From Bdellovibrionota bacterium (lineage in GTDB: Bacteria; Bdellovibrionota; UBA1018; CAIPTA01; JAALKR01), in assembly GCA_965207455.1 (NCBI GenBank), contig CBDBMJ010000003.1, positions 224,001 to 288,000 of the forward strand: a stretch of 64,000 nt of DNA, read 5' to 3'. Under the pieces are notes generated by a model. That model did not search any database. It was given only the letters and a program-made list of their open reading frames with translations, and was not told the origin of the DNA. The translations under genes and the position numbers were made by a program. Every line of letters begins with the position of its first letter. Within the stretch, counting starts at the first letter, position 1. This document shows, piece after piece, positions 28,142 through 39,129 of this stretch.

Positions 28142-28615
28142 TTAACGAAGGCCGCAAGAACTAAGATAGGCTTTCGTACTTTCATACCAAGGCAGAACCG
28201 GCGTATCGTTTTCCGTAGGATAACTATCCCTAACCATAGAAAAAACTTTAGACTCTTTACTCCCAATCATCGCTGTAGGGAAACGCTCCCTTTCCTGGAG
28301 CTCCTTATTCAATTTCACTATGGGACCCACCACATGCTGAACACCAGCAGCGTCCCAAAGGGAAAGATTAAGAACATTGATTGCCACCATCTCAAACGTG
28401 GCAAAAAAAACAATTTCCTGCATCTTAGTTTTCAACATTTCTAAATTCTTTTCTAGAACTGCACGAGTAAGTTCTCCCGTGAGTATAAACTCTTGCCCCA
28501 CCTCTAGACCCTGGTGATTTCTTATATCTTTTTGAGATATATCAATATCCTTATTTCCGTTCGTTTTCATAACTTTCATCTCATACTCCAGTCCACTGCC
28601 ACTATACTCTCCCAT
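28142..28615 (-). CDS. Hypothetical protein (possibly STAS/anti-sigma-antagonist-like)
   Basis: 157-aa ORF with its own TTGACA-17-TATTTT promoter; fold guess is weak. Confidence 0.5.
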   Translation of the reverse strand: MGEYSGSGLEYEMKVMKTNGNKDIDISQKDIRNHQGLEVGQEFILTGELTRAVLEKNLEMLKTKMQEIVFFATFEMVAINVLNLSLWDAAGVQHVVGPIVKLNKELQERERFPTAMIGSKESKVFSMVRDSYPTENDTPVLPWYESTKAYLSSCGLR

Positions 28616-28626
28616 GCAGTGCTCTC

Positions 28627-28655
28627 AAAATAAATAATATTTACCCAACTGTCAA
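28627..28655 (-). promoter_or_regulatory. Sigma70-type promoter of the 28615 gene
   Basis: TTGACA (28655-28650), 17-nt spacer, TATTTT (28632-28627). Confidence 0.5.
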
Positions 28656-28884
28656 TGCCGCAATGCAAATAAAACAATAAATATTGGGTCTGCTAGGGAA
28701 AAGCATTCACCAACCCCCTGCAAACCCCTTCTCGCCTCTATGTGCTCCCAAAGCACTACCTAGCCGCATAATAACCCTTCCAGCCTCCAAAACTATGCTT
28801 ACGGGGCTCTCAAAAATAGAGAAAATCAATTAAATTCAGTAAAAACATATATTTACAAAAAAATCTCTTCAGCTAAAACAATGT

Positions 28885-28913
28885 TTGACTATTCTTGCTA
28901 TTGATAGTACAAT
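28885..28913 (+). promoter_or_regulatory. Sigma70-type promoter of the Sel1-repeat gene
   Basis: TTGACT-17-TACAAT. Confidence 0.6.
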
Positions 28914-28935
28914 GCGTTATTACTGAGAAATAAAA

Positions 28936-29053
28936 ACTATATATAAGGAGAAAAGAAAATGAAGAAACAAAAAAATGGAATGAAGTTTTACTGGTTTGCG
29001 TTTCTTATTTTTATTGCTGTACCCAACATAAGTCACAGTCAGGATGCTGACTA
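28936..29053 (+). repeat. 118-bp direct repeat, copy 1 (RBS plus signal-peptide coding region)
   Basis: Identical to 30493-30610. Confidence 0.9.
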
Positions 29054-30443
29054 CCAACAAACCTTAGAAAAAGCGCGTTTAGGCGATGCGAGAGCTCAAT
29101 TTAATTTAGGTCTTGCGTATGACCGAGGAGAAGGCGTTGCCGAAAATGCTGAGAAAGCAGTTTATTGGTATAGACGAGCAGCAGAGCAAGGATATGCGAA
29201 TGCCCAATCTAATTTAGGTGTATATGTAAATGCTGGAAAAGGCGTTACTCAAGATTATAAGGAAGCAGTTCGTTGGTTTAGAAAAGCAGCAGAGCAAGAA
29301 AATGCACATGCTCAATTTGCTTTAGGTGCTCTGTATTATGCCGAGGAGCGGGCGTTACTCAAAATGATGAGAAAGCAGTTTATTGGTCCAGAAAAGCAGC
29401 AGACCAAGGGTATGCGGATGCTCAATATAATTTAGGTATGTTGTATAGAAATGCTGGAAAAGGTGTTGCTCAAGATTATAAGGAAGCAATTTATTGGTGG
29501 AGAAAAGCAGCAAATCAAGGAGATGCACATGCTCAATTTGCTTTAGGTGCTCTGTATTACCGAGGAGAAGGTGTTTCTAAGGATATTAAGACGGCATTGC
29601 ATTGGCTTGAAAAAGCAGCAAAGCAAGGAAATACAAATGCCCAATCTAATTTAGGTTATAAGTATTATGTAAATGGAAAAGGAGTTACTCAAGATGTTGA
29701 TCAATGCAATTTATTGGTACAGAAAGCAGCAGATCAAGGAGATGCAGATGCTCAAATTTAGTTTAGGTATTATCTTATACTGAAATGGAAACAGGCAGAT
29801 TATTGCCAAAAATGCTGAGAAAGCAAGTTTATTGGTATAGACGAGCAGCAGAGCAAGGATATGCGAATGCCCAATCTAATTTAGGTTATATGTATGATGC
29901 TGGAAAAGGCGTTACTCAAGATTATAAGGAAGCAGTTCGTTGGTTTAGAAAAGCAGTAGAGCAAGGATATGCGAATGCCCAATCTAATTTAGGTTATATG
30001 TATTATGCTGGAAAAGGCGATTTACTCAAGATTATGAGGATGCGGTTTATTGGTATAGAAAAGCAGCAGAGCAAGGATATGCGAATGCCCAATCTAATTT
30101 AGGTTATATGTATGATGCTGGAAAAGGCGTTACTCAAGATTATAAGGAAGCAGTTCGTTGGTTTAGAAAAGCAGTAGATCAAGGATATGCAGATGCTCAA
30201 AATAATTTAGGTCATATGTATTATGAAGGGAAAGGTGTTGCCCAAGATTATAAGAAAGCAGTTCGTTGGTTTAAAGAAGCAGCAAATCAAGGATATGCAC
30301 ATGCTCAATCTCATTTAGGTGCTATGTATTACCGAGGAGAAGGTGTTTCTAAGGATATTAAGACGGCATTGCATTGGCTTGAAAAAGCAGCAAAGCAAGG
30401 AAATACAAATGCCCAAGATCTTTTACAAGAAATCAAAGAATGA
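28959..30443 (+). pseudogene. Exported Sel1-like repeat (SLR) protein, about 12 repeats, broken by several frameshifts (real or assembly artefact)
   Basis: Signal peptide; AQxNLGxMYxxGxGVxQDYxEAxxWFRKAAxQG repeats at about 108-bp period across ORFs 28959, 29438, 29785 and 30108. Confidence 0.85.
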
Positions 30444-30492
30444 AGATTCCACTGAGTCTGCAAGTTGAGTGTGTGAGGGTTGAACAATAAAG

Positions 30493-30610
30493 ACTATATA
30501 TAAGGAGAAAAGAAAATGAAGAAACAAAAAAATGGAATGAAGTTTTACTGGTTTGCGTTTCTTATTTTTATTGCTGTACCCAACATAAGTCACAGTCAGG
30601 ATGCTGACTA
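30493..30610 (+). repeat. 118-bp direct repeat, copy 2
   Basis: Identical to 28936-29053. Confidence 0.9.
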
Positions 30611-31142
30611 TCATAAACAAGTAGTAAAAGGAGCATATGAAGTAAGCGCGAACGCGCAATCTAATTTGGCTGGTATGTACTCTTTTGGAGAAGTTGTTGT
30701 TAAAGATTTTGAACAAGCCAATACAAGTTGCGGTGCTGACTACCAACAGACCTTAGAAAAAGCGTATTTAAGCAATGGGAGAGCTCAAAATATAGGTCTT
30801 ACGCACGATAAAGAAAAATGCATTAGTCAAGATGCTAGCTACCGACTTACCTTAAAAAAAGCGCCTTCAGGCGATGCGATGGCTCAATTTAATTTAGCTC
30901 GAATGTATGATAAGGGAGAAATCGTAACTCAAGATTATGAGGATGCGGTTTATTGGTACAGAAAAGCAGCAGATCAAGGACATGCAAAAGCTCAAACTAA
31001 TTTAGGATCTATGTATGCTACTGGCACAGGTGTTTTTGAAGATAATCTACAGGCAACTTATTGGTACAGAAGAGCAGCAGCCCAAGGAAATTTATATGCT
31101 AAATTTAATTTAGGCCTTTATGACCCCGAGTATCGAAGATAG
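30516..31142 (+). CDS. Exported Sel1-like repeat protein, paralogue
   Basis: Same signal peptide as 28959; degenerate repeats followed by two intact SLR repeats (AQFNLARMY, AQTNLGSMY). Confidence 0.8.
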   Translation: MKKQKNGMKFYWFAFLIFIAVPNISHSQDADYHKQVVKGAYEVSANAQSNLAGMYSFGEVVVKDFEQANTSCGADYQQTLEKAYLSNGRAQNIGLTHDKEKCISQDASYRLTLKKAPSGDAMAQFNLARMYDKGEIVTQDYEDAVYWYRKAADQGHAKAQTNLGSMYATGTGVFEDNLQATYWYRRAAAQGNLYAKFNLGLYDPEYRR

Positions 31143-31205
31143 GAAAGTTTCATTAAACTCAATAAAACCAGACATTTACAAAAGCACGCATCCAATCAAT
31201 ACTGC

Positions 31206-31234
31206 TTGAATCCCCTCTGTCTTTGTGATACGAT
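31206..31234 (+). promoter_or_regulatory. Sigma70-type promoter of the short Sel1 gene
   Basis: TTGAAT-17-TACGAT; same layout as at 28885. Confidence 0.45.
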
Positions 31235-31265
31235 GCGCTGATATCGTATGGCTTGAGAAAAGAAA

Positions 31266-31562
31266 ATGAAGAAACAAAAAAATGGAATTAAGTTTCACTG
31301 GCTAGCATTGTTTATGCTTATTTTGAGTTCTGGTCCCAACACTAGCTTTGGGGGCAGTGAATATCGCAGTACTGAATTCATCAAAAAAGTCATGGGCATG
31401 GGATATCTAAGATCGGCGCATGTTCAGCATCATTTAGGTCGAATATATAAGAAGGATAGAGAAGGCATTCAAAATGATAAGAGTACAGTTCATTGGTTTA
31501 GGAGGGCAGCAAGGCAAGGAGATACGAATGCCCAATATCTTTTAAAAGAAATCAAAGAATGA
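31266..31562 (+). CDS. Short exported protein with a single Sel1-like repeat
   Basis: MKKQKNGIKFHW leader; VQHHLGRIY...WFRRAARQGDTNAQ; 3' end and downstream ~20 nt nearly identical to 30403-30462. Confidence 0.7.
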   Translation: MKKQKNGIKFHWLALFMLILSSGPNTSFGGSEYRSTEFIKKVMGMGYLRSAHVQHHLGRIYKKDREGIQNDKSTVHWFRRAARQGDTNAQYLLKEIKE

Positions 31563-31719
31563 AGATTCCACAGAGTCTGCAAATTTAAAAGTTAAGTGGG
31601 GTTGTCGCTAAATATCCTATACCATTCATACTTTTGAGTTGAGGGATTTTTGGCTTCTTCCAAGCCAATATAATGTGGTTTCAACCCTGCAAAAAAAATA
31701 CAAGTGACTGTTATTATTG

Positions 31720-31792
31720 TCCTTTTTTTATTGTCTAGGCAATGCGATTGCCACTCCTTTTTTTATTGTCTAGGCAATGCGATTCCCACTCC
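31720..31792. repeat. 35-bp tandem direct repeat (2 copies) containing the palindrome GGCAAT-gcg-ATTGCC
   Basis: tcctttttttattgtctaggcaatgcgatt(g/c)ccac at 31720 and 31755. Confidence 0.9.
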
Positions 31793-31841
31793 CTAGGCTG
31801 TCCTTATATACCATACGCACCATATTTGCTCTGCGTCAAGG

Positions 31842-31869
31842 CTTGACAAGTCCTTAAGTGCCCCCATCT
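31842..31869 (+). promoter_or_regulatory. Sigma32 (RpoH) heat-shock promoter
   Basis: CTTGAC-N14-CCCCATCT directly upstream of grpE-dnaK-dnaJ. Confidence 0.8.
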
Positions 31870-31885
31870 TTAGTGTAGAGGAAGA

Positions 31886-32440
31886 GTGATTGCTATGGAA
31901 AAAACTACGGACAACCAGACCCCGCCAAAAAAGGGGAACAAGAAAAAGAAGCCCAATGCTCTTGAGGAAGTCAAGACACAGGCAAAGGAATGGGAGAATA
32001 AATACCTATACCTAAGGGCTGAGTTCGACAATTTTCGGAAGCGAATGCAGCGAGAACGGGAGGACACCTTAAAGTACGGCAATGAGGACTTTATTCGTTC
32101 CTTGCTTTTGGTTCTGGACAACTTTCAGCGGGCTGCGGATCACGCTCTTTCCCTAAAGCCGGAAAAAGGTTCTCCTGCGGAGCAAATCCTCCAGGGTGTC
32201 CAAATGACCCAGGAACAGCTCTTGGAAACATTGAAGGATCAAGGTTTGGAGGAGATCAAAAGTCTAGGTGGGATCTTTGACCCCAACTTCCACGAGGCAG
32301 TTACCCAAAAGGAAGGCGACGGGGAAAAGGAAAACACGATTATCAAGGAGCACCAAAAAGGGTATCTCCTGAACAAGCGGCTACTGAGGGCTGCGAAAGT
32401 AACAGTCATAAAATTAAACAAAGAAAGCGAAGGAAAATAA
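31886..32440 (+). CDS. grpE: Nucleotide exchange factor GrpE
   Basis: [49 protein letters not shown]; start may be ATG 31895. Confidence 0.95.
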   Translation: MIAMEKTTDNQTPPKKGNKKKKPNALEEVKTQAKEWENKYLYLRAEFDNFRKRMQREREDTLKYGNEDFIRSLLLVLDNFQRAADHALSLKPEKGSPAEQILQGVQMTQEQLLETLKDQGLEEIKSLGGIFDPNFHEAVTQKEGDGEKENTIIKEHQKGYLLNKRLLRAAKVTVIKLNKESEGK

Positions 32441-32442
32441 GT

Positions 32443-34389
32443 ATGTCAAAAATAATTGGAATAGATCTGGGAACAACAAACTCATGTGTCTCTGTTTTAG
32501 ACGGTGGTAAGCCTAAGGTAATACCGAATGCTGAGGGTAATAATACAACACCGTCAGTGGTGGCTTTTACCGATAGTGGCGAGCAGTTGGTGGGTACCAC
32601 TGCAAAACGACAAGCAGTAACGAATCCGAAAAACACCATCTTCGAGTCCAAGCGACTCATGGGTCGCAAGTCCGATTCAAAAGAGGTGAAAGAGTTTATA
32701 AAAGTATCTCCATTTTCTGTGGTAGCTGGCAATGAAGGAAGTGCTTATGTGGAGGTAAAGGGAAAGAAATATTCCCCTCAAGAAATAGCTGCTCAGGTTT
32801 TAATGAAGATGAAAACGACGGCAGAGGACTATTTGGGAGAGTCGGTTTCTGAAGCGATTGTAACGGTACCTGCGTATTTCGACGATGTTCAAAGACAGGC
32901 CACCAAAGATGCGGGAAAAATTGCTGGACTGGATATAAAGCGAATCATTAACGAGCCCACAGCTGCGGCCCTCTCCTACGGTCTGGACAAGAAAAAGGAC
33001 ATGAAGATCGCTGTTTTTGATTTAGGTGGTGGTACTTTTGACGTTTCCATTTTAGAGATTGGAGATGGAGTGTTTGAGGTAAAAGCCACAAACGGAGATA
33101 CGTTCCTTGGTGGTGGAAACTTTGACCAGAAGATTATTAATTTTCTTGCCGAAGAATTCAAGAAGGCTAATGGTATCGATCTTCGTGAGGACACTATGGC
33201 TCTCCAGCGACTCAAAGAGGCAGCGGAAAAAGCCAAGCACGAACTTTCTTCTGCCACTGAGACCAACGTGAGTCTACCTTTTATTACGGCGGATTCTTCT
33301 GGACCCAAGCACCTAAGCGTTGCTATCAGCAGGGGGAAATTGGAATCTTTAGTATCCGATCTTCTCCAAGCATTGGAAAAGCCCTGTGAAGAGGCTTTGA
33401 AAGACTCTGGATTTTCCAAGTCGGAAATCGATGAAATTATCCTCGTGGGTGGAATGACTCGTATGCCGAAAGTTCAGGAAAAGGTGAAGGAAATTTTTGG
33501 AAAGGAACCCAGCAAGGGAGTGAATCCCGATGAGGTGGTTGCCATCGGTGCTGCCATTCAGGGTGGGGTTCTTCGAGGTGATGTGAAGGATGTTTTACTC
33601 TTGGATGTCACCCCTCTTACTTTGGGAATTGAAACGTTAAATAGTATGGCCACGCCTTTGATTGAGAAAAATACCACTATCCCTACGAAAAAATCTCAGG
33701 TGTTTTCCACTGCGGCCGACGGACAAACAGCCGTAACGATCCATGTGATTCAGGGAGAGCGCTCCTTTGCTAAGGACAATAAGTCCTTAGGGAAATTCGA
33801 CTTAGTCGGAATCCCTTCGGCCCCAAGGGGAGTTCCTCAAATTGAGGTTACCTTCGACATCGATGCCAACGGCATAGTAAATGTCTCCGCAAAAGACATG
33901 GGGACGGGGAAAAAGCAAAATATCCAAATCACTGCCAGTGGTGGCCTGTCCAAGGAGGAAGTGGAAAGAATGGTCCAGGATGCGGAAAAAAACAAAGAGC
34001 AGGACGGCAAGCGCAAGGAAGTGGTGGATGCTCGTAATGAGCTAGACACACTGTACTATTCCTGCGAGAAAACTCTTAAGGAGAACAAGGAAAAGCTCTC
34101 GGACGCAACAAAAGGCCCCGCGGACAGTGCCATGGTGACTGCCAAGAAGTTAATCGATGAGAAAAGTGAGGATATCCCCACCATGAAGAAAGCCACGGAA
34201 GAGTTGCAAAAAGCTGCGAGCGCCTTAGCGGAGGAACTGTATAAGAAAAACGCGCCTAATCAGAAAAATGGGAGCGCTGAACAGGGCAAAGATCCTGGAG
34301 GGGCAAACATGGGTGGAGAGGGTGAAGAACCACCCAAGGCAGGAAAAAAGAAGGAAGATATTATAGACGCAGACTTTAAAGAAGTGTAA
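32443..34389 (+). CDS. dnaK: Chaperone DnaK (Hsp70)
   Basis: [58 protein letters not shown]. Confidence 0.98.
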   Translation: MSKIIGIDLGTTNSCVSVLDGGKPKVIPNAEGNNTTPSVVAFTDSGEQLVGTTAKRQAVTNPKNTIFESKRLMGRKSDSKEVKEFIKVSPFSVVAGNEGSAYVEVKGKKYSPQEIAAQVLMKMKTTAEDYLGESVSEAIVTVPAYFDDVQRQATKDAGKIAGLDIKRIINEPTAAALSYGLDKKKDMKIAVFDLGGGTFDVSILEIGDGVFEVKATNGDTFLGGGNFDQKIINFLAEEFKKANGIDLREDTMALQRLKEAAEKAKHELSSATETNVSLPFITADSSGPKHLSVAISRGKLESLVSDLLQALEKPCEEALKDSGFSKSEIDEIILVGGMTRMPKVQEKVKEIFGKEPSKGVNPDEVVAIGAAIQGGVLRGDVKDVLLLDVTPLTLGIETLNSMATPLIEKNTTIPTKKSQVFSTAADGQTAVTIHVIQGERSFAKDNKSLGKFDLVGIPSAPRGVPQIEVTFDIDANGIVNVSAKDMGTGKKQNIQITASGGLSKEEVERMVQDAEKNKEQDGKRKEVVDARNELDTLYYSCEKTLKENKEKLSDATKGPADSAMVTAKKLIDEKSEDIPTMKKATEELQKAASALAEELYKKNAPNQKNGSAEQGKDPGGANMGGEGEEPPKAGKKKEDIIDADFKEV

Positions 34390-34411
34390 AAAATAAAGAA
34401 GACTGTGGAGT

Positions 34412-34462
34412 TAACCCTTAGGAATCTTAGAAAATCAGGACTTCTAGGGGTTAGATTTTTTT
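34412..34462 (+). terminator. Long hairpin plus U-tract between dnaK and dnaJ (terminator/attenuator-like)
   Basis: taacccttaggaatcttaga-aaa-tcaggacttctaggggtta followed by gattttttt. Confidence 0.55.
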
Positions 34463-35590
34463 ATGGGACAAGCAGATTATTACGACCTTTTAGGAATATC
34501 GAAAAATGCTTCCAGCGCGGAAGTGAAAAAAGCGTTTCGCAAGAAGGCAGTTAAGTACCATCCCGATAAAAACGTGGGCAATCCAGCGGCCGAAGAAAAA
34601 TTTAAAGAGGCGATGCGAGCCTATGAAGTTTTAAGTGACGGTGAAAAACGCCAAGCCTACGATCAGTTTGGTCACGAAGGCGTGGATGGTATGGACGGGG
34701 GCTTTGGAGGTTCTGGCTCCAACAATGTTAATATCAATGATATTTTTGGGGATATTTTCGGAGGAATTTTCGACGGGCACTTTGGAGGTCAGGGTCGTGG
34801 GCGGAGTGCCCAGAGGGGTACACCTGGGGAAAGTCTCCAGAACGAAATAGAAATACCGTTTAAGGCGGCTGCCACAGGCATAACAAAAAAAGTAAAAATT
34901 TGGAGAGAGACGGCCTGTGAGCCATGCCATGCAACTGGTTCACGGTCGAAAAAAGTAAAAACTTGTGGTGCCTGTAATGGTGCGGGACAGGTTCACTATC
35001 AACAGGGTTTTCTCACAATGGCAAGAACGTGCCCAACCTGTAGAGGAGACGGAACGACTATTGGAGACCCCTGCAAGATTTGTAAAGGAAACGGACGGAT
35101 CGAAAAAGAATCAAAGATTGAAATAAAAATCCCAGCTGGTATCGACTCCGGACAACGCTTGAAATTGAATGGCAAAGGAAACTGTGGTTTGAATGGAGGG
35201 CGCAGTGGTGATCTCTATATTGTGGTAAATGTACAGCCCCATCCACTGTTTGAGCGTGAGGGTCATGATATTTTTTGTGAAGTTCCCATTTCCATCACCC
35301 AGGCCATACTCGGCGCTTCCATTAAAGTGCCCAGTCTTAACGGCATGGTAGAGGTAAGCATTCCTGCGGGAACCCAAAGTCACAAAATACTTCGCCTGAA
35401 AAATAAGGGTTTGCCCAAGCTCACAAGCCATGGACGTGGGGATCAGTTGCTCCGTATAATTCTGGAAACTCCCACCAACCTTTCAAAGGAACAAAAAAAT
35501 ATTTTACGAAAGCTCGACGAAACATACGACGATCGTTCCATGCCCATGAAAAAAGATTTCCTAAGTAGAGTGAAGGAACTGTTTGGATGA
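34463..35590 (+). CDS. dnaJ: Chaperone DnaJ
   Basis: J domain with HPD, G/F region, four CxxCxxxG zinc-finger repeats, C-terminal substrate-binding domain. Confidence 0.97.
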   Translation: MGQADYYDLLGISKNASSAEVKKAFRKKAVKYHPDKNVGNPAAEEKFKEAMRAYEVLSDGEKRQAYDQFGHEGVDGMDGGFGGSGSNNVNINDIFGDIFGGIFDGHFGGQGRGRSAQRGTPGESLQNEIEIPFKAAATGITKKVKIWRETACEPCHATGSRSKKVKTCGACNGAGQVHYQQGFLTMARTCPTCRGDGTTIGDPCKICKGNGRIEKESKIEIKIPAGIDSGQRLKLNGKGNCGLNGGRSGDLYIVVNVQPHPLFEREGHDIFCEVPISITQAILGASIKVPSLNGMVEVSIPAGTQSHKILRLKNKGLPKLTSHGRGDQLLRIILETPTNLSKEQKNILRKLDETYDDRSMPMKKDFLSRVKELFG

Positions 35591-37647
35591 ACGTATTTAA
35601 ATCTTTTCTAGTTATTTCCACCGCTATTTTTTTTCTAACGCCTGTGCAGTCACCAACCCTGTCCGCAACCCGAGAATCGCGCACTCCACAGCGACTAGAA
35701 AAATCGGACCGATCCTACCTGCGCGCTGAGCTTCTTTTCTTAGAAAAGAAACCCGACGAATCAATGCTAGTACTGGATACATTTTTTAAAGAAGACAGAA
35801 AATATAGTTCCATTCCCACATTGGTTAAAGCATTGAACCTCCGTGGACTTATTCAGTTCCGACTAAAAAATATTCATCCAGCCATTAAAGACTTCCGCCA
35901 AGCCGTAACCATTGCTACAAAAAATATGTCCGCCTCCAACCCCAGTCTCCATTTACTGCGCTACAACCTGGCAAAGGCTTATTATCAAAATGAGGAGATT
36001 GAAAGATCGAAAGACATTCTTTTAACGATTGAGCCACGACTCCTCCACTCAGACGTAAGGATTCGCCTATATAATTTAATTGGTAACACGTTCTTAAAAC
36101 TAAAAAAATATATCCCTGCCATCACTGCTTTTCTACTCACTGCCAACGAATTAGAGGAGAAGAATCCTGTTACCACTCGAGCGCTCACACGCAAGGCTCT
36201 AGCCATATCTAAGAATATTTTTTTACATAACGAAAAATCGGACTTAAAAAAACTCAATGCATACAAAAGCAAAATGCGCCCCAATAGTACGGGCATTTGG
36301 GCCCTTCGCCTAATCCTCTCCAAGGGTTACGCCAAGATCGGGGAGCGAAAAGAGGCCAAAAATATATTACGTGCATTTTTGGAGCATTCCAGTCTGCGAT
36401 CTCATCCTTTAGAGAAAAATGCTCGTGCCATGCTCTCTCTCCTAGAAAAACTTTCTCTGGTAAAGCCAAACAGAATCGGCATTTTACTTCCCATCTCCGG
36501 TCAGTTTGCAAAGTACGGTCAACTGAGTTTAAGTGCAGCTCTTATGGCCTTAGAGCAATTTAAAACGGTCGACAGCCCACCCAATGAAACGGACATCACT
36601 CTCGTTATTCGGGACTCCGGTCCCTCTCCTGAAAGTGCCCTACAGGCTTTTGAAAAGTTAGTCACTGAAGATCAGGTGATTGCTGTGGTTGGTCCCTTAC
36701 TGAGTAAGCAAGCCATTCCCGTAGCTCAAAAAGCTCAGGAGTACGGCGTGCCTCTTTTCAGTCTCAGCCAAAAGCAGGGTTTGAAAGCACTGGGTTCCTA
36801 TATTTTCCCCATTGCGCTCACACCTCAGCAGCAGGTGAGCATGCTTGCTAACTATACGATGAATGTAAAAAATCAGCGTCGATTTCTTATCTTAGCGCCT
36901 AGAAATAAAATCGGAAAAGAATATGTGCGACTCTTTTGGAGTGCTGTAAAAGAAAATGGTGGAGAAATTAAGGGAGTGGAGTACTACGCTCCTGGAAGTA
37001 CGGATTTCCGGAATGAAATAAAAAAACTTGTGGGGTTATATCACTTGGATGCCAGAACGCTGGAATCGGACCAAATAGGCGACTTAAAAGAACAATATAT
37101 TGCTTCCTTCGATGAGAAAAAACCGTCACGACATTCCTTAAAAAAATTCACTCTTGGTTCCATAGTGGACTTTGATGCTATTTTTGTACCTGACGGACCT
37201 CAGGTGATTGGTCAGGTAGCACCCTCCTTTGCCGTTTATGATGTTAAAAATATACCTTTCCTAGGTTTAAATACTTGGAACACTCCGGACATTATTCGAA
37301 GAGCGGGGAGATTTTTGCAACAAGCTGTTTTTGTGGATACCTTCTACACGGGAACAAAGAATAGGGCCGCCATGGCGTTTGAGAAGGAATTTGGTGAAGA
37401 GTTTGGGAGAGTGCCGGGCACACTGGAAGTACAGGCCAACGATGCCACTCGGATAATCATCCAAACCCTTAAAAAAGGAGGTACGAAAACCCGGGCAGGT
37501 TTGAAAAACCAAATCCTAGACAAATCAAAATATTTAGGTATATCAGGAGACTATATCTTCTTGGAAAACAAGGTTCTGCGCACTGCGTACCTCCTAGGGG
37601 TAACAGGTAAAAAAATTACAAGAATTCAGGCCCCCACTGATTTATAG
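35587..37647 (+). CDS. Penicillin-binding protein activator LpoA/LppC-like protein (TPR plus periplasmic binding-protein fold)
   Basis: N-terminal TPR-like helices; [34 protein letters not shown]. Confidence 0.75.
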   Translation: MNVFKSFLVISTAIFFLTPVQSPTLSATRESRTPQRLEKSDRSYLRAELLFLEKKPDESMLVLDTFFKEDRKYSSIPTLVKALNLRGLIQFRLKNIHPAIKDFRQAVTIATKNMSASNPSLHLLRYNLAKAYYQNEEIERSKDILLTIEPRLLHSDVRIRLYNLIGNTFLKLKKYIPAITAFLLTANELEEKNPVTTRALTRKALAISKNIFLHNEKSDLKKLNAYKSKMRPNSTGIWALRLILSKGYAKIGERKEAKNILRAFLEHSSLRSHPLEKNARAMLSLLEKLSLVKPNRIGILLPISGQFAKYGQLSLSAALMALEQFKTVDSPPNETDITLVIRDSGPSPESALQAFEKLVTEDQVIAVVGPLLSKQAIPVAQKAQEYGVPLFSLSQKQGLKALGSYIFPIALTPQQQVSMLANYTMNVKNQRRFLILAPRNKIGKEYVRLFWSAVKENGGEIKGVEYYAPGSTDFRNEIKKLVGLYHLDARTLESDQIGDLKEQYIASFDEKKPSRHSLKKFTLGSIVDFDAIFVPDGPQVIGQVAPSFAVYDVKNIPFLGLNTWNTPDIIRRAGRFLQQAVFVDTFYTGTKNRAAMAFEKEFGEEFGRVPGTLEVQANDATRIIIQTLKKGGTKTRAGLKNQILDKSKYLGISGDYIFLENKVLRTAYLLGVTGKKITRIQAPTDL

Positions 37648-37716
37648 CTTCCTTTTCCTTTCATCAAATATATTTTATAATTTATATAGAAAGTAATTTT
37701 CATCATGGAGGGTGAT

Positions 37717-39105
37717 TTGCCGCCGATTTCATTAGGAACAAATATTCCTGGTCTACCCAAAGATATTGTAGAGCAATTGATGGCAGCCAAGCGCCGTCCG
37801 ATCGTGCAGTTAGAAAAACGAAAAGAAAATGAAGAGGCTCGTTTAAAACTTATTAGCACGCTCTCTGAACACTTAAATGGATTTAATAGTAAGTTCAACG
37901 GGCTAAGCACATTTTCTAAATTTCAAGAACTCAAGGGGAGTGTGGGAGAACCTGATCTCCTCGATATTTCTATAAATAAAGAACTGGCTAAGCCTGGGGA
38001 GTACAGGCTTGAGATTTTAGATCTCGCTGAAAACTCCTCCATGATTTCCAATGGCTTTGCAGATCCAAACAAGACAGATATTGGAGTTGGTTATTTTAGC
38101 TACGAGCTTCCCAATGGTGAGGAAAGGGAAGTCTATATTGATGGAAATGAAAATACACTATACGGTATTGCAAAAAAAATAAACGCTCAGAAAGATTTAA
38201 ATTTAGATGCTCTAGTGGTAAATGACGGCACTGGCGAAGAGAACTCTTGGCGTCTTATCGTCAACTATAAAGATACGGGAGAAGTCAACGATGCTGAATT
38301 TCCTAATTTTTATTTTATCGGTGGCGATGAAGATTTCTCTTTAGACCAGGAAAGACCTGCCAGAAATGCCGTACTCAAAGTAAATGGATTTTCTATAGAG
38401 TTTGATAAGAGTAAAATAAATGAATTACTCCCAGGGATTACGTTGGATTTAAAAAGATCTGCTCCAGGAAAAGAGTTCACCTTAAAGATAGAGGCAGATG
38501 AGGTGAAGATTGGTGAAAAAATAAAAAGTTTCGTGGGAAACATGAATAAAATTTTTAGTTTTATACAGGATCAAAATAAATTAGGAGAAGACACGGATAC
38601 CTCAAAAACATTAGGTGGAGACATTACCATACAAAATATAGAAAGTATGCTGAGAAGATTGGTAATTACTCCGCTAAAAACTGGCAAAGGGACTCTTCGG
38701 TTAAACGATATCGGCATAACCTTTCAGCGTGATGGAACTCTGAGTATTAAAGAAGAGAAATTAAATCAAAAATTAGAAACCGACCTCGACTCGGTTAAAG
38801 AATACTTTGCAGGTATAAACAGTAACGGTAATGGTTTTGCAGGAAAAGCCATGAAAATGATACAAAACTATACTAAAATTAATGGAACAGTCCGTGCGAG
38901 AGAAGATGGAATAAAGCGAAGAATTCAGGATATAGAGAAGCAAATTGAATCAAAAGAAAGGGAGTTAGAAGTCACCAAAAAGCACCTTAAACGAAAATTT
39001 TCCAAATTAGAAGCCACCCTAGTCAGATTGAGATCTCAGCAACAGCAAGTTCAGGCTACATTAGGTGGCTCCAGTCTATTGGATCAAATTTCAACAGGGG
39101 GCTAA
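37717..39105 (+). CDS. fliD: Flagellar filament cap protein
   Basis: GLPKDIVEQLMAAKRRPI N-terminus; LPGITLDLK, LNDIGI, LKRKFSKLE C-terminus; TTG start after GGAGG (ATG 37705 is an alternative); followed by fliS. Confidence 0.9.
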   Translation: MPPISLGTNIPGLPKDIVEQLMAAKRRPIVQLEKRKENEEARLKLISTLSEHLNGFNSKFNGLSTFSKFQELKGSVGEPDLLDISINKELAKPGEYRLEILDLAENSSMISNGFADPNKTDIGVGYFSYELPNGEEREVYIDGNENTLYGIAKKINAQKDLNLDALVVNDGTGEENSWRLIVNYKDTGEVNDAEFPNFYFIGGDEDFSLDQERPARNAVLKVNGFSIEFDKSKINELLPGITLDLKRSAPGKEFTLKIEADEVKIGEKIKSFVGNMNKIFSFIQDQNKLGEDTDTSKTLGGDITIQNIESMLRRLVITPLKTGKGTLRLNDIGITFQRDGTLSIKEEKLNQKLETDLDSVKEYFAGINSNGNGFAGKAMKMIQNYTKINGTVRAREDGIKRRIQDIEKQIESKERELEVTKKHLKRKFSKLEATLVRLRSQQQQVQATLGGSSLLDQISTGG

Positions 39106-39129
39106 GAATCAAGGGGCTAAGTAAAAACA

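Noticed and set aside
28660..28830. Possible ncRNA or tRNA in the long intergenic region
   Set aside because: No cloverleaf, T-loop motif or convincing stable stem seen by eye; an Rfam/Infernal scan would be needed
29090..30420. Periodic ~108-bp repeats as a CRISPR array or a diversity-generating retroelement
   Set aside because: They encode Sel1 protein repeats; there is no reverse transcriptase in the window and no adenine-specific TR/VR pattern was seen
31720..31792. 35-bp repeat as a CRISPR array or CIRCE element
   Set aside because: The copies are directly adjacent with no spacer, there are only two, no cas genes are present, and the sequence does not match CIRCE
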